Below, one piece after another: positions 58,511-64,000 of a stretch of 64,000 nucleotides of DNA. Each line of letters opens with the position of its first letter. Within the stretch, counting starts at the first letter, position 1. The DNA lies in assembly GCA_947259405.1 (NCBI GenBank), contig CAMYLY010000004.1, positions 171,529 through 235,528 of the forward strand, given 5' to 3'. A program made the translations under genes and the position numbers. Below the pieces are notes generated by a model, which searched no databases, was not told the origin of the DNA, and worked only from the letters and a program-made list of their open reading frames with translations. The DNA comes from an uncultured Gemmatimonadales bacterium (GTDB lineage Bacteria > Gemmatimonadota > Gemmatimonadetes > Gemmatimonadales > GWC2-71-9).

Positions 58511-58765
58511 ATGTCGGACGAGTCCGTCCATACGGAGGAACACCGGGTCCAGGGCGACGGCCTCGTGGCCAAGCTCAAGGACATTCTCCGCCAGGGCAAC
58601 ATTCGGCGCATCATCATCAAGAATGATGAGGGGAGGACGCTCATCGAAATTCCCCTTACCATAGGTGTCGTCGGGGCCATGCTAGCGCCGGTGTGGGCTG
58701 CCGTGGGCGCCATCGCAGCGCTCGCCGCCGATCTCACGATTGTTGTCGAAAAGATCCGAGACTAA
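58511..58765 (+). CDS. DUF4342-like small protein
   Basis: The 84-aa protein reads GNIRRIIIKNDEGRTLIEIPLTIGVVGAMLAPVWAAVGAIAALAADLTIVVEK. This matches my memory of the DUF4342 pattern. Confidence 0.6.
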   Translation: MSDESVHTEEHRVQGDGLVAKLKDILRQGNIRRIIIKNDEGRTLIEIPLTIGVVGAMLAPVWAAVGAIAALAADLTIVVEKIRD

Positions 58766-58792
58766 ACATCGAAAAGTGAAAGGAGGGCGCGC

Positions 58793-58978
58793 GTGGCTGG
58801 TGGTAAAGAAATGATGAAACAAGTTCAGGACGCGTTGAGTGCGTTCGAAGAATCCATCGTTGCTCGCGAGCACAAGGGCATGCTCGGTAGTAAGGTGGCA
58901 CTTCAGCAGGAGGTCGACAAAACGCGCGACGCGGTCGTCAGTGTCGTCGTCCGACTGGTTCGTCGGGACGAGGGTTAG
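58793..58978 (+). CDS. Hypothetical 61-aa helical protein
   Basis: GTG start 7 nt after AGGAGG. The sequence is MAGGKEMMKQVQDALSAFEESIVAREHKGMLGSKVALQQEVDKTRDAVVSVVVRLVRRDEG. It is followed by a strong hairpin. Confidence 0.45.
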   Translation: MAGGKEMMKQVQDALSAFEESIVAREHKGMLGSKVALQQEVDKTRDAVVSVVVRLVRRDEG

Positions 58979-59008
58979 TCGCCACGCGCGTCTCCCGCAG
59001 TCCGTGGT

Positions 59009-59036
59009 GTCCGGTTCGCCTTCGCGCGAACCGGAC
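59009..59036 (+). terminator. 11-bp GC hairpin ending the three-gene small-protein cassette
   Basis: GTCCGGTTCGC-cttcgc-GCGAACCGGAC, starting 31 nt after the stop at 58978. There is no U-tract. Confidence 0.5.
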
Positions 59037-59097
59037 CCACACACCAAACGAATACGGTCGTGAGCACGTGCGACCCACACCCATTCAGACGGAGCAG

Positions 59098-59556
59098 ATG
59101 ATGCGTAAATGCGTTGGCTTCATCCTCCTTGGCGCACTTCTCACAGCCGTAGGGCCACTGCGGGCCCAACACGTGAGTCCGGATGCGTCGGAAGTCCAAG
59201 CAACACTGGTTGCGATGTGGGACGCTATCGAGCGGGGCGATATCGATGCCTACGCGGCGTTCGTCCATCCTGAATACACGCAGTTTGGCGAGACTGACGT
59301 CTATCTCGCAGAGGGCAAAACCCTCGAGGTGCAAGGTATCCGTGAGTATCTTGATCGTGCATCCGGTGTCCATACGGAAATGCACCAACCCATGGTGACG
59401 GTACGCGGTGACGTTGCCTGGATCGTGTACTACTGGACCGACGCCGGGGTCGTAGATGGACGGCGTGCGACCAGTCGAGGAAAATCGACGCGGATCTTCG
59501 TGCGCGAGAGTGGGCGATGGCTGTGCATTCATGGCCACTTCACCGCCGTTCCCTGA
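59098..59556 (+). CDS. Secreted NTF2-like (SnoaL/DUF4440-type) protein
   Basis: Start at Met11 of track ORF 59068..59556 (MMRKCVGFILLGALLTAVGPLRAQ, a signal peptide). It carries WDAIERGDIDAYAAFVHPEYTQF and RESGRWLCIHGHFT. Confidence 0.6.
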   Translation: MMRKCVGFILLGALLTAVGPLRAQHVSPDASEVQATLVAMWDAIERGDIDAYAAFVHPEYTQFGETDVYLAEGKTLEVQGIREYLDRASGVHTEMHQPMVTVRGDVAWIVYYWTDAGVVDGRRATSRGKSTRIFVRESGRWLCIHGHFTAVP

Positions 59557-60331
59557 TGGTGACGTCGTGATCGATCGGACCGATCGTGGGCCCGTTACCA
59601 TCCTCCGAATGGAGCACGGAAAAGCCAATGCGTTCGACCTGGCATTGATTGGAGGGCTCGAAGCACAGCTCGACGCCATCGCCCAAGACGCTTCTTACCG
59701 TTCGGTCGTGGTCACGGGTACCGGGTCAATCTTCTCTGCCGGCGTCGATCTCTTTCGCGTCGTCGAAGGTGGAATCGAGTATCTGGACCAGTTCCTGCCA
59801 GCGTTCATCCGGACTTTCAGGAAGTTGTTTACTCTCCCGTTTCCGGTGATCGCGGCGATCAACGGGCACGCCATCGCCGGCGGGTGCGTGTTGGCTAGCG
59901 CGTGTGATTTCCGCCTCATGCAGGATGGTGACGAAACCATTGGTGTCCCGGGTTTGCGCGTGCAGGTACCCTTCCCGTCGGTCGCCATCGAGATTCTTCG
60001 ATTTGCTGCAGCATCGGCACACCTTCAGGAATTGGTGTACCTCGGCAAGACCTACCTTGCGCGCGATGCGTATCAACGCGGCTTGATTGACGAGGTCGTG
60101 CAACCGGAGATGCTGCTCGAGCGAGCGACTGAAGTGGCGCTCCGCCTTCATGAGATTCCGGCGGAGACGTTCGCGCTCGCGAAGGCTCAAGTACGGAAAC
60201 CGGCCGTAGATGCGATGGACCGACACAACCCCGCTGAGGACGCCAAAGTCCTCGCCCTGTGGCGATCTCCCGACACGCACGCTGCGATCGAGCGCTATCT
60301 CGCTGAGCGCTTTACCGGATCTCGTCGGTAG
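59531..60331 (+). CDS. Enoyl-CoA hydratase/isomerase (crotonase) family protein
   Basis: Start at Met26 of track ORF 59456..60331. Motifs seen: VVVTGTGSIFSAGVDL and PVIAAINGHAIAGGCVLASACDFR. Confidence 0.8.
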   Translation: MATSPPFPDGDVVIDRTDRGPVTILRMEHGKANAFDLALIGGLEAQLDAIAQDASYRSVVVTGTGSIFSAGVDLFRVVEGGIEYLDQFLPAFIRTFRKLFTLPFPVIAAINGHAIAGGCVLASACDFRLMQDGDETIGVPGLRVQVPFPSVAIEILRFAAASAHLQELVYLGKTYLARDAYQRGLIDEVVQPEMLLERATEVALRLHEIPAETFALAKAQVRKPAVDAMDRHNPAEDAKVLALWRSPDTHAAIERYLAERFTGSRR

Positions 60332-60373
60332 CACAGGTGACCGCCTGGTGAGAGGGACCCGTGCCGTACGTCG

Positions 60374-61465
60374 CTAGTTCGGCACGTACCGCCTGATGAG
60401 ATCGAAGTACGACCGCAGCTCGCCGCTGTCTGTTGCTCGCAGTAGGTCATCAACATGCTGGACGAGTTGGGTCGAATAGTACCCCGGAACGGCCTCCGGA
60501 TGCCGCCCACCGTAGGGGTTCCGAAACAAGCTGCGTACGATGACGCTCCGGTCGGTGATGGGAAGCGACCGTAGGTTCTCGACGAAGCGGTCGAACGTGC
60601 GATCACCGAACAGATAGAATTCCACGTTCGACACGTAGAACCCGGACACAGCGAGACCACGATCTTGCACGTCCCGTGCCACTGCACGGAGGGCATGCGT
60701 CCCTGCGAAATCACCGACAACGGGTACGATGCGGTCATCCAATTGGAGGCGCCGGACAATGTCATACCGATCGTGGCTCGCTAGGTAGTTGGCCCGTTCA
60801 CCATCTCTCGTGGTCTCGAGCAGCAGATCCCGATAGGTCGGGTAATATGACCGCGCCGCGCGTCCAAACGTCGTGAAGCGCAGCGCCATGCCCGCGCGCA
60901 TGAATATTCCGTGGAACCGCTCGATCGTTTCCCAGTCCTCTGGGGTGAGCTCGACGGCGAATGATGCGAGCGCGCTATCGACGGGGGCACGAACACCAGC
61001 GCGCGTGGAAGCTGTGTCAAAATGGGTAACGAGGGCCTCAACGGACCACTCCGTCCATCCCGCTGTATCGTCCGGCTGCGTTCTCGCAAGCAGCAATGAC
61101 AGAAACTCCGCGCGGGTCGGAGCAAGCTCAAAGAGCGCTTTGAACAGCAAGTGGAGCAGCATGTTGTCGCGACGAATGTCTACGATGTACGCAATGCGTG
61201 GTTGAATGGCCGCGATATAGGAAAAGTTTTGATCGGGCCCAACACCGACATACGCGCCTCCAGCCACTCGCTCACGCTGTAGGGCGCCCATGACGTGGAG
61301 GTAAGAGCGCTCGTTGGAAATGAGGTTGTCGGTATCGAAAAATCCACCTGGCTCCGACAGTGCTTCAATAGTCCGCGCAAACGCCGATGGCGACGCCCCT
61401 TCTTGAGCGTATCCGCCGCACGCCAGCGCGGCGAGCGTGAGACCAAGCACAATAACGTGACGCAT
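60374..61465 (-). CDS. Conserved-looking secreted/lipoprotein hypothetical (363 aa)
   Basis: Signal/lipobox MRHVIVLGLTLAALAC. It carries FFDTDNLISNERSYLHV and GAYVGVGPDQNFSYIAAIQPRIAYIVDIRRDN. I recognise no family with confidence. Confidence 0.55.
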   Translation of the reverse strand: MRHVIVLGLTLAALACGGYAQEGASPSAFARTIEALSEPGGFFDTDNLISNERSYLHVMGALQRERVAGGAYVGVGPDQNFSYIAAIQPRIAYIVDIRRDNMLLHLLFKALFELAPTRAEFLSLLLARTQPDDTAGWTEWSVEALVTHFDTASTRAGVRAPVDSALASFAVELTPEDWETIERFHGIFMRAGMALRFTTFGRAARSYYPTYRDLLLETTRDGERANYLASHDRYDIVRRLQLDDRIVPVVGDFAGTHALRAVARDVQDRGLAVSGFYVSNVEFYLFGDRTFDRFVENLRSLPITDRSVIVRSLFRNPYGGRHPEAVPGYYSTQLVQHVDDLLRATDSGELRSYFDLIRRYVPN

Positions 61466-61569
61466 GACATCGCAAGGTGTACCTGGTGTTAGGTATCTTT
61501 CAAGTGCCGACCTTGCGCAACGCCCGTCGTCGATGGTTTGTTACGCCTTCGACAAGGCGCCAACCATCG

Positions 61570-63642
61570 ATGAAACTCCGCAAAGAGCTCCAGCTTTTCG
61601 ACGTGTTCGTGATCTCCACGAGCGCTATGATCAGCTCAGGATTCTTCCTACTTCCCGGACTCGCCGCTAGTGAAGCGGGGGCCGGCGTCATCCTGGCGTA
61701 TGTCATTGCCGGACTTCTGATCCTCCCCGCGATGTTGAGCAAGGCGGAACTCGCGACCGCGATGCCCAAGGCGGGCGGCACCTATTATTACCTGGACCGT
61801 ACGCTCGGTCCTCTCGTTGGGACCATCGGCGGATTGAGTACATGGCTGACGTTGAACCTCAAGAGTGCCTTCGCGTTGATCGGCATGGGGGCGTATCTAG
61901 GTCTCGTATTCGACGTCCCCATTTTGGGTACGACCATTTTCCTCACCGTGATCTTTTGCGCCTTTAACATCGTTGGCGTGCGTCAGTCCAGTACTCTGCT
62001 GCGGATCTTTGTCGTTACGCTCCTCACCATCCTGTTGATATTCGCGTTGAGCGGCGCAGTAGAGCTTGCTGCTCGGCCAAGCGGACTGCTGCCGCTTTCG
62101 GAGTTGTCGCCTCTCTTACCCAACGGCGTCGATGGCCTTCTCGCCACCGTCGGTCTCGTCTTTGTTTCCTACATCGGGCTGACCAAAGTAGCCAGTGTCG
62201 CCGAGGAGATTCACAATCCGGAGCGCAACATTCCTCTCGGCATGACGTTGTCGCTGGCTACGGTGACGGCGATCTACGTGGTGGGTGTATATCTTATGGT
62301 TGCAGTGTTAGGCGTCGATACACTGAGCCGGAGTCTGACCCCTGTCGCCGATACTGCAACCGCCTTCACGAATTCGCTTCCGCCGACCGTAGGTAGGTGG
62401 CTCATGGTGATCGCCGCGATCGTGGCTTTCGCCTCGATGGCCAACGCCGGTATTCTGGCGGCGTCACGATACCCTTTGGCGATGGGCCGTGATGGACTTT
62501 TTCCGAAGACCTTTGCGCATGTGGGGCGCTTCGGGACACCGGTGCACGGCATTTTGCTGACTTGCTTGCTCATGATCGTGTTTCTCGTCACCCTCGACGT
62601 TGCTCAGGTCGCAAAGCTCGCCAGCGCGCTGCAGCTACTTTTGTTCGGGCTGATCAACGTGTCTGTGATTGTCATGCGCGAGAGTCGCATCGAGTCGTAC
62701 GATCCGGGTTTCCGCGCACCCGGATATCCGTGGATTCAGTTCATTGGCCTCGTTGTCGCGTTCGTCCTCGTCGCGGAGATGGGGTGGCTCACGGTGTTGT
62801 TCACGGTCGGCGTCACCGCTGTGTGCTTCGCGTGGTACAACTACTATGCACGCGATCGGATCGCCCGGGACGGCGCGATCTTCCACGTCTTCGAGCGACT
62901 GGGGCGCCGACGCTTTGCCGGCCTCGAACGGGAGCTCCGTGACATCATGAAGGAGAAGGGTGCGAGGGTGGGAGATCCGTTCGATGAGGTCGTGGCACGG
63001 GCCTATGTTATGGACGTGGCTGAAGCACGGGATCTCGAACAAATCGTTCACGACGGGGCTGAACGACTGGCGCAACGCTTGCCCGTCACAGCCGTGGCGC
63101 TCATCGAGGCCTTCCACACGAGTGCCGGTGCGGCCATGCCCGTCGCACATGGGGCAGCTCTCCTGCATACAAGACTGGCCGGACTCGATGGATCGGAAAT
63201 CGTACTGATCCGCGCCCGACAGGGTATCGAGATAGAAGACTCCGTCGCGACCGCGATCTTCATGCTCGTGAGTGGAGAGACGAACCCAGGACGACACCTG
63301 CGGATATTGGCGCAACTGGCTGGTCGCGTGGAATTCGATGGGTTTGCCGAGCAGTGGATGAAGAGCAGTGATGAGCAAGAGCTCAAGGAGGTACTGCTTC
63401 GTGACGACCGTTTCCTCTCGCTGATCCTGCGAAGTGAAACGCCGAGCGACGTGCTGATCGGCATGGCCCTCCGGGAGCTACAGATGCCGGAGGGTTCGCT
63501 GATAGCCCTGATCAGGCGTCGTGGAAGCTCGATCATTCCCCGCGGCGCTACCGTGCTCAGAGACGGAGACCGGCTCACCATCATCGGGGAACCCCAGGGA
63601 CTGCAGACGCTAGCCGAACGATACGGTGTGGCATGGCCCTAG
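61570..63642 (+). CDS. APC-superfamily amino-acid/cation permease fused to EIIA(Ntr)-like and TrkA_C (RCK_C) domains
   Basis: Start at Met32 of track ORF 61477..63642 (MKLRKELQLFDVFVISTSAMISSGFFLLPG). It has about 12 TM segments. A PTS EIIA type-2-like region follows (AMPVAHGAALLHTRLAGLDGSEIVLIRARQGIEIED...IFMLVSGETNPGRHLRILAQLAGRV). A TrkA_C-like end closes the protein (GMALRELQMPEGSLIALIRRRGSSIIPRGATVLRDGDRLTIIGEPQGL). Confidence 0.7.
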   Translation: MKLRKELQLFDVFVISTSAMISSGFFLLPGLAASEAGAGVILAYVIAGLLILPAMLSKAELATAMPKAGGTYYYLDRTLGPLVGTIGGLSTWLTLNLKSAFALIGMGAYLGLVFDVPILGTTIFLTVIFCAFNIVGVRQSSTLLRIFVVTLLTILLIFALSGAVELAARPSGLLPLSELSPLLPNGVDGLLATVGLVFVSYIGLTKVASVAEEIHNPERNIPLGMTLSLATVTAIYVVGVYLMVAVLGVDTLSRSLTPVADTATAFTNSLPPTVGRWLMVIAAIVAFASMANAGILAASRYPLAMGRDGLFPKTFAHVGRFGTPVHGILLTCLLMIVFLVTLDVAQVAKLASALQLLLFGLINVSVIVMRESRIESYDPGFRAPGYPWIQFIGLVVAFVLVAEMGWLTVLFTVGVTAVCFAWYNYYARDRIARDGAIFHVFERLGRRRFAGLERELRDIMKEKGARVGDPFDEVVARAYVMDVAEARDLEQIVHDGAERLAQRLPVTAVALIEAFHTSAGAAMPVAHGAALLHTRLAGLDGSEIVLIRARQGIEIEDSVATAIFMLVSGETNPGRHLRILAQLAGRVEFDGFAEQWMKSSDEQELKEVLLRDDRFLSLILRSETPSDVLIGMALRELQMPEGSLIALIRRRGSSIIPRGATVLRDGDRLTIIGEPQGLQTLAERYGVAWP

Positions 63643-63675
63643 CCACGGAACTCCTGCATCGATAGTCTCGCGCAC

Positions 63676-64000
63676 ATGGCCACCGATCCACGACCGTATG
63701 TCATCGTCCTGTACAACCACGCAGGCGACGACGTGTACGAGCAGCTGAGGTGCGTCGATCCGCGAACCCTCGATTTCAAACCAGAATACGACATTCGTGT
63801 GTCGACCGTCATGGACGAGTACAACGCGGTCGTACGGGCGCTCAGGCATATGGGATACCGGGCTCGCGGCGTCAACATCACGGAGGACATCAAGAAGCTC
63901 GAACGTGTGATCAAACGCTCGAAACCCGATGTGATCTTCAATCTCGTCGAACACTTTCTCGACGACCCTGAACTGGAGACACATATCGCGGCGCTGTTCG
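63676..64000 (+). CDS. ATP-grasp protein, D-alanine--D-alanine ligase-like N-terminus (runs off the right window edge)
   Basis: Not in the ORF track because it has no stop. My translation from ATG 63676 is MATDPRPYVIVLYNHAGDDVYEQLRCVDPRTLDFKPEYDIRVSTVMDEYNAVVRALRHMGYRARGVNITEDIKKLERVIKRSKPDVIFNLVEHFLDDPELETHIAALF. The listed minus ORFs 63610..63984 and 63639..63941 are shadows. Confidence 0.6.
   Translation, partial: MATDPRPYVIVLYNHAGDDVYEQLRCVDPRTLDFKPEYDIRVSTVMDEYNAVVRALRHMGYRARGVNITEDIKKLERVIKRSKPDVIFNLVEHFLDDPELETHIAALF

Noticed and set aside
58121-58543. The 140-aa minus-strand ORF (Phe/Arg/Ala-rich) opposite the hyper-basic protein gene.
   Set aside because: It mirrors the low-complexity + strand gene. 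The + strand reading has a Shine-Dalgarno-like sequence and tight coupling to the downstream DUF4342-like gene. The minus reading has neither.
60355-60390. A 7-bp stem (CGTGCCG…CGGCACG) between the convergent crotonase gene and the 363-aa gene, as a possible terminator.
   Set aside because: The loop is 13 nt and the stem overlaps the stop codon region of the minus-strand gene. There is no U-tract. It is too weak to call.
63610-63984. Two overlapping minus-strand ORFs (124 and 100 aa) at the right edge.
   Set aside because: The + strand frame from ATG 63676 is open to the window end and translates to a convincing Ddl-like ATP-grasp N-terminus. The minus ORFs are its shadows.

Overview
GC-rich, very densely coding chromosomal segment with about 70 genes; no non-coding stretch is longer than about 170 nt. 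The ORF track uses the most upstream ATG/GTG/TTG, so many listed ORFs carry spurious N-terminal extensions or are antisense shadows of real genes. I re-derived starts by counting residues from the track coordinates.

Gene content is overwhelmingly housekeeping:
- Envelope and surface: pilB, comEA, a 2047-aa SprA-like outer-membrane protein, lptFG.
- Cofactor and respiration: nadA with a disrupted nadC, a response regulator-ccmABCD-hemCB operon, sdhCAB.
- Information processing and stress: cspA, infA, rhomboid protease, rho, and a SigR/RsrA-type ECF sigma/anti-sigma pair.
- Redox and metabolism: acs, a DsbA-VKOR pair.
- Many peptidases (M28 x2, M16, M24, P1) and transporters (SSS x2, NhaC, MFS, NRAMP-like, APC), plus two Ser/Thr kinases.

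This content (SprA-like protein, b558-type SDH, System I Ccm, LptFG) suggests a diderm of the FCB group, possibly Gemmatimonadota-like. That placement is inference only.

I saw no rRNA, tRNA, CRISPR array, transposase, integrase, phage genes, toxin-antitoxin pair or recognisable defence genes. I therefore regard this as an ordinary core region and did not find a convincing discrete novel system.

The best leads are:
1. A three-gene cassette at 58143-58978: a hyper-basic protein, a DUF4342-like protein and a 61-aa protein, divergent from a kinase with an N-terminal polytopic membrane domain.
2. sprA translationally coupled to a lipoprotein glutaminyl-cyclase-like M28 enzyme.
3. An APC permease fused to EIIA(Ntr)-like and TrkA_C domains.
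4. A receiver-only response regulator heading a ccmABCD-hemCB operon.
5. Two disrupted genes (nadC with a deletion plus frameshift, an ATP-grasp gene with an in-frame TAG) and two genes that seem to need CTG starts.

The window also contains two small genes absent from the ORF track (ccmD, and a 29-aa peptide upstream of a symporter) and two edge-truncated genes (pilB, and a Ddl-like ATP-grasp gene). All functional calls rest on motif recognition by eye; no searches were run.
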